Positions 40,520 through 50,063 of a DNA stretch of 64,000 nt are shown here, piece by piece. Below the pieces are notes generated by a model, which saw only the letters and a program-made list of their open reading frames with translations, was not told the DNA's origin and ran no database searches. The position numbers and the translations under genes are program-made. Positions within the stretch are counted from its first letter, which is position 1; the number at the start of each line of letters is the position of its first letter. This DNA comes from a bacterium (lineage in GTDB: Bacteria; Electryoneota; JAOADG01). The stretch covers positions 3,136,001-3,200,000 of the forward strand of contig OY820579.1 in assembly GCA_963681965.1 (NCBI GenBank). The letters are read 5' to 3'.

Positions 40520-42604
40520 CTATTCTTCTTCAGCCTGACCTGCCTTCTTCGCGGCAAATGCTTCTTCAAGCTTCTTCTGGATGTCGCCCGGCACTTCTTC
40601 GTAGTGCGAGAACTTCACCCGGAACACACCCCGACCACCCGTCATCGAGCGGAGCGTCGTCGTGTACTTCATGATTTCCGCTTGTGGTACTTTCGCACGG
40701 ATTTCCTGCGTATGACCGACGGTATCCATGCCCATGATCTTGCCGCGACGGGAAGAAAGATCGCCCATCACATCGCCCATGAACTGCTCCGGAACTTTCA
40801 CTTCGAGATCGAAGATCGGTTCGAGAATGGTCGGACGCGCCTTCTTGGCGGCTTCGCGGAAACCCTTGATACCAGCCAACCGGAACGAGGTTTCGTCGGA
40901 GTCGACCGGGTGTTCTTTACCGTCGAACAGCGTGGCTTTCACACCGATCATCGGATAACCGGCAACAACGCCCTTTGCCATTGCTTCGGTAATACCCTTT
41001 TCCACCGCCGGGATAAATCGACCGCTGACCACACCGCCGACGATCGCGTCGACGAACTCGAGCGCTACCCCTTCGCGTTCCTTCGGTTCAATCCTGAGCC
41101 ATGCGACTGCGAATTGTCCACGACCACCGGATTGTTTCTTATGCTTCCCTTCCGCTTCGGAGTTGCCGCGAATCGCTTCGCGATACGGTAACCGTGGATC
41201 GGAGGTTTCGACTTCGACGCCGACCTTTTCCTTCAATCGCGCCAGCGCAATCTGAAGGTGAACATCGCCCTGACCACTGACGATGGTCTGTCCCAACTCG
41301 GCATCCTGATGATACAAGAATGTCGGATCTTCGAAGTGACACATCGTCAAACCGGTCGACAATTTATCTTCACTGCCTTTGTTCTTGCATTCGATCGCTA
41401 GATGAAATACTGGCGGTGGATAGTCGACGCGCTTCACTTTCACGACTTTCGAGGAATCGCACAGCGTATCGCCAGTCGCAGTTTCTTTCAGCTTGATCGT
41501 ACCGGCGATTTCACCGCATGATACCGATTCGACCACCTTGCGGTTCTTGCCGTTGAGTAAAAATATCTGGGCAATCTTCTCCGACTTGCCAGTATGGGAA
41601 TTGGTATATTCTTCACCAGTCTTCACCGTACCGGACCAAACACGGAAGATCGAAATATCGCCGACATGCGATTCATTGGCGGATTTGAAGATTTGCGCGA
41701 TAGCTTTGCCGTTCACATCCTGTTTGACCGAAGTGCCGTCTTCCAACACAACTGGTTGAGCATCGGCGGGAGATGGACAAAACTCTGTGATCATATCCAA
41801 CAGTAAATTGGCACCAATATTCTTGCGTGCCGATCCACTCAAAATAGGATATACTTTACCACGCAGAATGCCCAGTCGAAGACCGCGATTCAACTCTTCT
41901 TCATTCAGTTCGCCGGTATCGAAATACTTCTCGATCAGTTCGTCGTCGGCTTCGGCAGCGCTTTCAATCAACGCTTGGCGTAATTCATCGGCTTTATCTT
42001 TGTATTGTGCGGGAATATCCGAAATGACGCTCTTACCGGAACCATCTTTCCAGGTATGAAGCTTCATCCGCACGATATCGATAACTTCGGCGAACGTTTC
42101 CTTACCACTCCCGACCGGATAATTTACCGCAACGCAGCCAGTACCGTAGGTTTCGCGCAACTGGTCGTAAATCTTGTCGAAATTTGCGTTTTCACGATCC
42201 ATCGAATTGGCGAAAAAGATCGTGCCGATCCCCTGTGCTTTCGCTGCTTCATAGGCATGATCGGTACCGACTTCAACACCACCGACACCGTGAATCGTTG
42301 CAACGATTGCATCTGCGGCTTTAAATCCACTCAACATCTCACCAACGAAATCGGAGAAACCGGGAGTGTCAATCAGATTCACCCGATGACTTTCCCATTC
42401 CAAATTTAAAATGGTCGTGGCAATGGAAATCTTGCGGTCGATTTCGTCTTTACGGTAATCGGAAACTGTGTTGCCTTCGTCGACCGAACCTTGACGGCTG
42501 ATCGCACCTGAAGTGTGAAGCATTGCTTCGATAAGACTGGTTTTTCCGGATCCGCTGTGTCCTGCGAATGCGATATTGCGGATTTTCTCAACTGGGAACG
42601 CCAA
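40520..42604 (-). CDS. fusA2: elongation factor G-like protein (EF-G2/FusA2 paralog)
   Basis: Full five-domain EF-G layout (KQSGGRGQF, TILEP, MGDVMGDLSSRRG, LRSMTGGRG) with non-canonical G motifs GHSGSGKT, RKISI, DTPGF and NSMD; TTG start with SD GGAG. Confidence 0.9.
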   Translation of the reverse strand: MAFPVEKIRNIAFAGHSGSGKTSLIEAMLHTSGAISRQGSVDEGNTVSDYRKDEIDRKISIATTILNLEWESHRVNLIDTPGFSDFVGEMLSGFKAADAIVATIHGVGGVEVGTDHAYEAAKAQGIGTIFFANSMDRENANFDKIYDQLRETYGTGCVAVNYPVGSGKETFAEVIDIVRMKLHTWKDGSGKSVISDIPAQYKDKADELRQALIESAAEADDELIEKYFDTGELNEEELNRGLRLGILRGKVYPILSGSARKNIGANLLLDMITEFCPSPADAQPVVLEDGTSVKQDVNGKAIAQIFKSANESHVGDISIFRVWSGTVKTGEEYTNSHTGKSEKIAQIFLLNGKNRKVVESVSCGEIAGTIKLKETATGDTLCDSSKVVKVKRVDYPPPVFHLAIECKNKGSEDKLSTGLTMCHFEDPTFLYHQDAELGQTIVSGQGDVHLQIALARLKEKVGVEVETSDPRLPYREAIRGNSEAEGKHKKQSGGRGQFAVAWLRIEPKEREGVALEFVDAIVGGVVSGRFIPAVEKGITEAMAKGVVAGYPMIGVKATLFDGKEHPVDSDETSFRLAGIKGFREAAKKARPTILEPIFDLEVKVPEQFMGDVMGDLSSRRGKIMGMDTVGHTQEIRAKVPQAEIMKYTTTLRSMTGGRGVFRVKFSHYEEVPGDIQKKLEEAFAAKKAGQAEEE

Positions 42605-42847
42605 GGAGTACCTCCTCTATGAGTTTTCTGATAATTATAGACTGGTAAAGATAAGATTCGATTTTGTCTACAGCAAGTGGGAGTGTGAGTCAGGAAGAAG
42701 ATCGATCTCGTGCTTCAGATCGCAATCAATCCAAATCATCCGTTACATCATTAAGCATCTAATTTCTATTAATACAAATAATTAATAACTAGCAATGAGA
42801 GACTGCAACGATTATAAAAGAGTTTAGACTGACTGATCTTAGGAAGA

Positions 42848-44521
42848 TTATCGGTAGAACACATCCGAACGGAGCGACAAGATCATTTCCAGTTGTTGAA
42901 AGACAAAGCTGTTTGCGAGCACGATAATGCCGTATTCTCGTTTCAAATCGTCCACGAGTTTGGCAAGAGGAATGCTTTTCATTGCTTCGGTCGTCGGATT
43001 GGATCGCATTTCGCGGATTCGATTCCGGGCAAATAGCGGAACCTGTCGCTTGAGGAAATCGGAGGTTTTCGCCTTGCTGGCATATTGAGCTGGTGAGTAT
43101 CCTGCTGCCAATCGCGCCAGATACAGGTCATGGTTGTTGTTCTGTATCAGTCGATTGATCGAACTGTTATCGACAAAAAGCGGTGTATTCGATCGGACAA
43201 ATTGGAATAACGGGTAATTCACAAGTGGTGCAACAAAATTGCCATACTTGTTTTCAGCCGAGATCCGGTTGGAATAAAGTGTTGGAACGTAGATATGGCG
43301 GATGTACGATGCGAAAGTCGTTCGAGTCAGATGGTCGATTTGGGCAATCTCACCCATTTGCGAGGCGATACTCTCGATTAATTTCGTTCGATACTTCCGG
43401 TGCGTGAAGTCAACCGAATAGTGAATTAAGTAATAGTCGACATATTCGGACAGTGCCGATGAAAACCAGGGGAGATTGCATTTATTCCGAAGGATCTCGC
43501 CACCAATTCCACTCAGCGATAACTGCGAAGCACCGACGATTAAATTTTTGTAATGCTTCGAGTAATTGTATTTGCGTAAGTCAGTCGACAAGGCGATCTG
43601 GTAATCGAAATAGGAAAATGCATCCCGAATGGTTTCGTCGGTTCGATCGAGTGTCGTACCATCAATATAATTCAGTTTGAAATTCAACAGCTTCGATAAT
43701 TCTTGCGCGATCGTCAAATCGGGATCTTTGAGCTTGTAAATCGTGTGGAAATTGACGCTCGCGTGCAATTTCAGCAAATATGAAATCAATAATCGGCTAT
43801 CATATCCCCCTGAAGTTCCAATATCGCATAGCCGGTCGTTACTCGCGAGCAATAAACTTCGTTGAATGGAATTCTGCAGCAATTCGTGAAGCTCATCAAC
43901 CGTGTTAGATTTGTCATTTTGTGAATCTCGCGATGGCTTGGAAATGTCGATGACTGATATGTTACCAGTCGAATCTTTAAGATCGCTTTCAGTTAATTTT
44001 TTTATGCCGGAGATATAAGTCGAAGCACCAACCACGCCGCCAATCGTTACCAGTTCCGATACCGCTGCCAGATCGATTTCATTTTTCGAGCGTATGTTCA
44101 GCAACAGTTCGAACGAGTTCGATACTAGTCCAAATTCGCCTTCGAAAAATACCATATATCCGCTGGATCGATCGATGATTATTTCAAGTTGATTGGTCGC
44201 ATAGTGGAATGATACAATAGCAAAATGCCCAAAGAAGTTGTCCGGTTTTAATTGTTTCTTGTCGATATCGTCAATCAACTGCTCGGTAGCTGATTGAAGT
44301 AAATTCCCTTTGTAAAGACAAGAACCAAAAACAAATAAATTATCTGCGAAACGCGGATTGCGTTGTGAAAGATTCTGGTTTTCTTTTTCTGAATAAATTA
44401 ACGAATATTCGCCCAGCTTAACTTCAGTGACTTTTTGGGTGCTGTCGGAATTGTACTGTTGCTTGATCTTCTGTTGAATCGCTTCCGGTAGGTTTTGTCG
44501 ATATAATATGAATCTTTCCAT
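42848..44521 (-). CDS. asparagine synthase-related (PP-loop) protein
   Basis: TSGGYDSR PP-loop, SGIGGEILR, degenerate Ntn-like N-terminus (FGHFAIV..IIIDRSS); no N-terminal catalytic Cys. Confidence 0.65.
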   Translation of the reverse strand: MERFILYRQNLPEAIQQKIKQQYNSDSTQKVTEVKLGEYSLIYSEKENQNLSQRNPRFADNLFVFGSCLYKGNLLQSATEQLIDDIDKKQLKPDNFFGHFAIVSFHYATNQLEIIIDRSSGYMVFFEGEFGLVSNSFELLLNIRSKNEIDLAAVSELVTIGGVVGASTYISGIKKLTESDLKDSTGNISVIDISKPSRDSQNDKSNTVDELHELLQNSIQRSLLLASNDRLCDIGTSGGYDSRLLISYLLKLHASVNFHTIYKLKDPDLTIAQELSKLLNFKLNYIDGTTLDRTDETIRDAFSYFDYQIALSTDLRKYNYSKHYKNLIVGASQLSLSGIGGEILRNKCNLPWFSSALSEYVDYYLIHYSVDFTHRKYRTKLIESIASQMGEIAQIDHLTRTTFASYIRHIYVPTLYSNRISAENKYGNFVAPLVNYPLFQFVRSNTPLFVDNSSINRLIQNNNHDLYLARLAAGYSPAQYASKAKTSDFLKRQVPLFARNRIREMRSNPTTEAMKSIPLAKLVDDLKREYGIIVLANSFVFQQLEMILSLRSDVFYR

Positions 44522-44587
44522 CTTGCTCTCTAAATTAGTTTCTTCTTCGATTTATAAGCTATGTTCAATCAAAAGCGGCAGACGAAG

Positions 44588-45301
44588 TCAGCGTTTCTGC
44601 GCTTCCCGAATGACATCGCGAAAGAACCCGATCACTCCTGCACGTTGACCGAGATCGACAATAAACGCCGGAACACTTCCCCCGAGATTTAAATACACCC
44701 GGTAGGTAATTTTATAATTGTTGTTACCGCAGGGAACGCAGATCCAACTGCCGGCGCCGTAATCCATATACACTGGTTTACTGTGGATACTCGGGTCGTT
44801 GTGTTCATATTTTGCCAACTGTGGCGTTTCAGGAATCAGTACCCATTCGATCCGAGTCGTATCGGGGTGACCTAAGCTTGTGCGTGTATTCAATTGGAAA
44901 AAACAGTGTCGATCGGATATGATCGGTACTTTCATATAATGATACCCAACCACTCCGGTACTATCTGATGAAACTTGCCGAGCGTCGATTAAGTACTTGG
45001 AATTCGAGATAAATTCCCGATAGCGATTAATGTTCATAATCACTTCGGATATTTTGCCCGGTTGAATCTTAACAATACGGGAAACCTGCATTCCCCGAAG
45101 TGAGGAACCCGGAATTGGTTTCATCGCGACTACCATACCATCGGAATAAGTTTTGGTAATTTTCCAGCCGTCTTGATCGAAGATAGGAATAATGTCTTTC
45201 GAAAAAAGACTGGAAGCCCAACTTAATCCAACAATGATTGTCGAAATCGCAAGAAGAATGAGACGTCGCTTATGCAATGATTCAAGCTCAATCGATAACA
45301 C
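44588..45301 (-). CDS. exported START/SRPBCC-like lipid-binding protein
   Basis: N-terminal hydrophobic signal; GWK......DG.VV, VP.ISDR, GSW and Y...NLGGSVPAFIVD, typical of START domains. Confidence 0.65.
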   Translation of the reverse strand: MLSIELESLHKRRLILLAISTIIVGLSWASSLFSKDIIPIFDQDGWKITKTYSDGMVVAMKPIPGSSLRGMQVSRIVKIQPGKISEVIMNINRYREFISNSKYLIDARQVSSDSTGVVGYHYMKVPIISDRHCFFQLNTRTSLGHPDTTRIEWVLIPETPQLAKYEHNDPSIHSKPVYMDYGAGSWICVPCGNNNYKITYRVYLNLGGSVPAFIVDLGQRAGVIGFFRDVIREAQKR

Positions 45302-45309
45302 ACAAATAC

Positions 45310-45427
45310 TATATTCTCCCTTGAAAATGAATTGTTATCGGTAGTAGGGGCGGACCCCCGTGTCCGCCCGCAGGTCAGGCGAAGCCTGACTCCGAATCAT
45401 GACAACTAATTTTCAAGAACACATCAC
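45310..45427 (+). repeat. dispersed MITE/REPIN-like element, copy 2
   Basis: Nearly identical to 14392-14509; perfect GGGCGGAC/GTCCGCCC hairpin after GTAG; GTCAG-GCGAAGC-CTGAC. Confidence 0.85.
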
Positions 45428-45521
45428 TAGAGAATAACAAAAAAAAAGTTCGAGGCAAAATCGCGAGAATAAAGGCGACCAAAAACGCTTGATCGCCTTG
45501 TGAACAATGGAAAGCTAGAAC

Positions 45522-46676
45522 TTACCAGCCGATACTGATTTGTGCGAAATGCTTATAAGAAGGCAACTGTCCGGGCTGCGTCCCCAATTCTTCCCCGAAA
45601 TAGGTATAATCGAGTTTTAATACGAATAGGTCCAATCCAAATCCATATGTCGGATAACCTTGATTAAAACCGCCGCGAAATGCGAATCGTTTCAATAACG
45701 TCGCTTCTGTACCCATGTGCCATTTGTAAAAGAAGCTGGTTCCATGTCCGTTCAGTAAATCCGAGATTTCACCTACTGCAACCCAGCGCGAAACAATTTT
45801 GTCTTCCGGAATCAGTTGTTGTCGAACATCGTATTTACTTCCGATGACAATATTGGGTGTCAGGTATTTACCATCGAATATGCCGATTGCATCGTGCATC
45901 ACGGCAGCCAACTCTACTCGATCGTTGAGTTTGTGAATGCCGCCGATATCGAAACTAATTCCGGTCTTAGCATTCGAAAAATCGTCCTTGACTTGATTCA
46001 CCATTTCTTTGTCGCTATTCACTTTGGTACCACTCAACCATTTGATCGGAACATCGCGTTGATTGAGATATTTACCGGAAATACCGTATTCGATTGTTCG
46101 ATCTTTATCAAACAGATAGAACGTTTTTTCCGATCCATATCCAACGTAAAGAACACTCTGCGAAACACCTTGCAGTGCGACCATTGGATTGAAGATACCG
46201 CGATTCAATTTCGCTTGTGGAAAAGTCTGATTTGCGAAAACAATCCCAAAATGCGACCAGGTTACGCCAATTTGAGGTGCAATTCCTAGTTTTAACCATT
46301 GGTCGTCGAACTTCTCCATCGAATTTAGGAATTCGGCTTGCTTTTGTTGCGTTTCGAGTTTCCGTTGAGTAGGATCAGGATTGGAAGAAAGCGAGTCAAA
46401 GTGACCGAATTCCTCTTGATGATCCTTCACAAATTTTGCCATCTCGGTAAATTGATTATCGGCGATAAAACCGAGATTGACCAGATCGATGCCAAATTTT
46501 GCCCGATTCAATAGTGCTGGATTGTAAATCACCGCCGAAGTATTGTACCCATACAGCGAAGTGGCACCGCCCATCCCCATTTCAGCCGCACCCTTTCTAT
46601 AATTCGGCAGGCTCGTACCGCTGGAAATCGCTGATAACAAACAAATTAACGTAAATATTGCAAGGAGCTTCTTCAT
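45522..46676 (-). CDS. outer-membrane beta-barrel, TraF-like / FadL-PorV-related
   Basis: Signal peptide, GAAEMGMGGA and YNPALL N-terminal motifs, alternating beta strands, FRGGFNQGYPTYGFG, terminal aromatic (ISIGW). Confidence 0.75.
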   Translation of the reverse strand: MKKLLAIFTLICLLSAISSGTSLPNYRKGAAEMGMGGATSLYGYNTSAVIYNPALLNRAKFGIDLVNLGFIADNQFTEMAKFVKDHQEEFGHFDSLSSNPDPTQRKLETQQKQAEFLNSMEKFDDQWLKLGIAPQIGVTWSHFGIVFANQTFPQAKLNRGIFNPMVALQGVSQSVLYVGYGSEKTFYLFDKDRTIEYGISGKYLNQRDVPIKWLSGTKVNSDKEMVNQVKDDFSNAKTGISFDIGGIHKLNDRVELAAVMHDAIGIFDGKYLTPNIVIGSKYDVRQQLIPEDKIVSRWVAVGEISDLLNGHGTSFFYKWHMGTEATLLKRFAFRGGFNQGYPTYGFGLDLFVLKLDYTYFGEELGTQPGQLPSYKHFAQISIGW

Positions 46677-47713
46677 TTCGAACCTCCCGGGCGATGAGCG
46701 AAGAGAGTATCGATATATCCGGGACGGCGGACACGCATTGTATCAACCCACGCAATCGTCCAAGGTCGAAGCGGACGACCATTAAGTGAATCAATTACCG
46801 AGCCCGCGGCATCGTGTCCTTGAGTGACACCAGACACCGAACGGATATCATGGATATTGGAACCGAAATAGAATTTTACCCCTTCCATCCCAAGGATAGC
46901 GGCATCGATGTAACCATCATGGTCATTATCGACACCATCGGCGATTTTATACTGTGCGAGTGAGTTCTTCAACTCTTGAGCATTCTTTTTGAGATTTCCG
47001 GCACTATATCCCGTCGTATCGCCACCGAGGATGTTGTCGAGAACATCAACCAGGATGTCGGCTAGTTCTCCGGAATCATCGATCAAACCATTGACACCGG
47101 CTGCACCGCCTGATCGATACAAAGCAAAAATACTATCGATATTGAATGACCCAAGGTTGGCAATAATCCTGATACGAACATCTAAATCATTAATGGATTT
47201 ATCGCGATTGTTATCGCGAAATTGCATTAAACCTGTAACGATCTGTGAGATTCCGTAATCGAGAGCAATGTCTCTCTTGTGAATAGATCCTGAAGTAGTA
47301 CCCTGAAAGATCGGTTTCAACATGTAAATCACTTCGTCCAATGCTTGGTAAAGTGAATTGGCGCGCGGATTGGGCCAGTTGTTGTTATCCGTTAAAAAGA
47401 ACGGAACCGTTATCTGAGTACCCTGTATATCCAGTCGTGATAATGTCGTCAACACATCTAACGAATTGATCCCTGAAGTTAATAGTCGCGCTTTCGCAGC
47501 AGAGTACCTGGCTTCGGAGGAATTCGGATCTTCGCGAACGGCATTACGAAAATCGTCCAGAGCACCATTAAAATCGCCATCATTCAATTTACGGCGACCT
47601 TCGTTGAGATAGTCCCCGGCACTGGATGGTTTTGCCGACCATCCGAAAAGATTACAGCCTATTGCAGCAAACGACAGCGTTACCAATAGGCACCAAAACA
47701 CAAATCGTTTCAT
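46673..47713 (-). CDS. lipoprotein with N-terminal TPR and Ca-binding-like loops
   Basis: Lipobox AIGC; TPR (GDFNGA..F..A..DPNSSEARY); DNNRDKSINDLD and DGVDNDHDGYID; stop overlaps the barrel start. Confidence 0.75.
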   Translation of the reverse strand: MKRFVFWCLLVTLSFAAIGCNLFGWSAKPSSAGDYLNEGRRKLNDGDFNGALDDFRNAVREDPNSSEARYSAAKARLLTSGINSLDVLTTLSRLDIQGTQITVPFFLTDNNNWPNPRANSLYQALDEVIYMLKPIFQGTTSGSIHKRDIALDYGISQIVTGLMQFRDNNRDKSINDLDVRIRIIANLGSFNIDSIFALYRSGGAAGVNGLIDDSGELADILVDVLDNILGGDTTGYSAGNLKKNAQELKNSLAQYKIADGVDNDHDGYIDAAILGMEGVKFYFGSNIHDIRSVSGVTQGHDAAGSVIDSLNGRPLRPWTIAWVDTMRVRRPGYIDTLFAHRPGGSK

Positions 47714-47949
47714 ACTATTCTCCATATTATTTAACCTGAGTAATTTAACGAATCTCCTGTGAGTGTATCAACGAATTCTATCGAAATTGATTTTCTATGT
47801 GTCCCGTAACAAGTCTTAACTTAATAATTTACATTTCACTCGATTTGATATTTCAATTTGCCAGATTTTCCCGTAATATGGAAGGTTCATCATTCAACTT
47901 GGCTAGCCGATCGAAATTCAATGTTTTACATCAACCGATGGAGATTGCA

Positions 47950-48465
47950 ATGTCCAATATCGTTACGAAAGCCTTTGCTGAACACTACAAGAATATGACC
48001 GATTGGGTCAATTGGCAAGTCGAAGATCTCAGTGACGAAGAATTGAAACAGGCGCCTGCACCAAATTTAAATCACGGCGTATGGTTACTGGGACATCTAG
48101 TGGTTTCCGATGATGATCTGGGGGTCATGTTAGGAAAAGGAAATCGCCTCTTTCCTGAGCTATTTCCAACCTTCGGGATGAATTCACCCTGTCTTGATCC
48201 CAATAGTTATCCTCCAGCTAGTGAATTAAAGAAGCTCTGGAAACAAGTCTATGAGCGGAATATTCAACTTCTGACCGATCTGTCCGATGAAGAACTGGAA
48301 GAACCTCATGCTCGAGTCAAAGATCCTGAGACCGATTTCTTCAAAACGAAAAAAAAGGTAGTTTCCTTCTGGATCCTGCACCAGCAATATCATGCAGGAC
48401 AGTTAGGTTTACTTAATGCGAAAATTGTCAAAGAACGACCGCAAACCGAAGGAAAACCCGAATGA
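47950..48465 (+). CDS. DinB-family protein (copy 1)
   Basis: NHGVWLLGHL and HQQYHAGQL His motifs; ATG 47950 with SD GGAG. Confidence 0.85.
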   Translation: MSNIVTKAFAEHYKNMTDWVNWQVEDLSDEELKQAPAPNLNHGVWLLGHLVVSDDDLGVMLGKGNRLFPELFPTFGMNSPCLDPNSYPPASELKKLWKQVYERNIQLLTDLSDEELEEPHARVKDPETDFFKTKKKVVSFWILHQQYHAGQLGLLNAKIVKERPQTEGKPE

Positions 48466-48971
48466 GTTGGGAACAAGACAATCCGGTTACATATCGCTTC
48501 TTTCTACAATGGAAAGACATGATCCAATGGGGTTCGAACTATCTGAACCTTCTTACCGATGACGATTTATTACTACCGATCGCACCGGGTCGAAATCACG
48601 CGCTCTGGGTTCTCGGTCATTTGATTGAATCCGAAGATGAACTATCGAAATATCTCGGACACGGCGAAATGCGCTTTCCCGAATATGAAACACTATTCGG
48701 TATGAACAGTCAACTGCTGACTCCCGACCAATACCCATCGCCCAAGCAATTACGCGAACAATGGGTAAAAGTAATTCATAAGAATACCCGACTTTTCCAT
48801 GCTATTCGCGACGCCGAGTGGGATGAACCCCACGCGCTAATCAAAGGAAAACCGGAAGACGATTTCTACGGCTGGAAAGGTCGTTGTATCCATTTGTGGA
48901 TCATTCATTCACATTATCACTTCGGTCAGATCGCGATTCTTCTTGCAACATTGAAGAAATCGAAATACTGA
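48462..48971 (+). CDS. DinB-family protein (copy 2)
   Basis: NHALWVLGHL and HSHYHFGQI; ATGA overlap with copy 1. Confidence 0.85.
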   Translation: MSWEQDNPVTYRFFLQWKDMIQWGSNYLNLLTDDDLLLPIAPGRNHALWVLGHLIESEDELSKYLGHGEMRFPEYETLFGMNSQLLTPDQYPSPKQLREQWVKVIHKNTRLFHAIRDAEWDEPHALIKGKPEDDFYGWKGRCIHLWIIHSHYHFGQIAILLATLKKSKY

Positions 48972-48984
48972 CCCCGGAATCAAG

Positions 48985-49007
48985 CAAGGGCGCAATTTGC
49001 GCCCTTG
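48985..49007. terminator. hairpin between convergent genes
   Basis: CAAGGGCGCA-att-TGCGCCCTTG. Confidence 0.6.
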
Positions 49008-49029
49008 TAAAATTTCTGGATATTTAAAA

Positions 49030-49881
49030 TTACTTCAGAAAAACCAGCTTCAAATCCTCGCGATAAGAGTTACCGACGATTCTTACAAAGTACAATCCAC
49101 TATGCATATTTCGACCACTCAATTGAAAAGTCTTGACATCGGTTGATAACGATCCGCGGTATAATTCTTGTACCAATCGACCAGTCAAATCGTAAATAGC
49201 GATCGATGCATCTTGCGAAATCGGCGCTTTTACCCGAATCGTTGTTGTCGGATTGAATGGATTGGGATATGCTGACAGGATCGAATAATTTTTTGGCAAA
49301 TCACCGAAATCATCGCGAACCGAATTAACCTGCGTTTCACTCACTGTCGCAGTTCGGGTGTAGATATAGTCGCTTCGACTCGAGTTGTCGTTATTTGCCG
49401 CATTTCCTGCGAAATAGAAAATTACCGGACCGGAACCAGCCGCTGGTGCTGTCCAAGCAAACTGCCAGGATACTGGACCATTCTGAGTACCCCCAAATGT
49501 ACCTTGAGTAGTATGTTTCAAATATTCGGGTGAAGTACCCGTCGAAGTGGATAACTGAGTCAGAGTTCGAAATGATACATTCAATGTACCGCCCCGTGCA
49601 GAAGGTCGACTCTGTAGCACCGGAGATAGTTCGAATCCCCAGCGTGATTGACCGGATTGACTTAGCGACAAGGTTAAATTATATACTTCACCGGGTGTAT
49701 ATCCGGCACTTGGAAGACCCGATAAGATCATAGAACCACTACCGGAATTAACCGGGAAGGTTCCGTGACACGAGACGCAAGACGTTGGATTGCCGACCAT
49801 ACCATCGGGCGGACCATCCGGATAAGCGAAACTAACAGTGGCGATAACGAGAACGATTAATATGAACCCTACTACTTTCAT
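49030..49881 (-). CDS. secreted Reeler/choice-of-anchor V-like protein with CxxCH and T9SS-type C-terminal domain
   Basis: Signal peptide from ATG 49881; CVSCHG; Y.PG..Y.L; WTAP..G.G.V.FY.AGNAAN; AYPNPFNP..IYDLTGRLV..SGLYFV..KLVFLK. Confidence 0.8.
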   Translation of the reverse strand: MKVVGFILIVLVIATVSFAYPDGPPDGMVGNPTSCVSCHGTFPVNSGSGSMILSGLPSAGYTPGEVYNLTLSLSQSGQSRWGFELSPVLQSRPSARGGTLNVSFRTLTQLSTSTGTSPEYLKHTTQGTFGGTQNGPVSWQFAWTAPAAGSGPVIFYFAGNAANNDNSSRSDYIYTRTATVSETQVNSVRDDFGDLPKNYSILSAYPNPFNPTTTIRVKAPISQDASIAIYDLTGRLVQELYRGSLSTDVKTFQLSGRNMHSGLYFVRIVGNSYREDLKLVFLK

Positions 49882-49993
49882 GGTCTCCCCCAATAATATA
49901 TATCTCTCGAATATACATAATGTAAACACAGTAATTTGAAAAGTTGTCTAAATATATTACGACAAGCGACTAGCAATCTGTTGGTGAAATGGT

Positions 49994-50018
49994 AAAAAAA
50001 AAATGGTGCCGAAGCACC
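49994..50018 (-). terminator. intrinsic terminator after the folE-like gene
   Basis: Minus strand reads GGTGC-TTCG-GCACC-a followed by a T run. Confidence 0.75.
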
Positions 50019-50063
50019 TCAAGATTTTTTTCGAATGATTAACAACATCGTGTAAGTAATACT

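Noticed and set aside
40604-41191. 195-aa plus-strand ORF and the many similar short overlapping ORFs
   Set aside because: They are antisense or alternate-frame shadows of well-supported genes (EF-G, nuo, ftsH, crp) and have no motifs of their own.
42605-44521. Lasso peptide cluster around the asparagine-synthase-like gene
   Set aside because: No B1/B2 (RRE or transglutaminase-like) genes and no plausible precursor peptide nearby.
45522-46676. Conjugative element suggested by the TraF-like barrel
   Set aside because: No relaxase, VirB4/VirD4 or other tra genes are present; the context is chromosomal.
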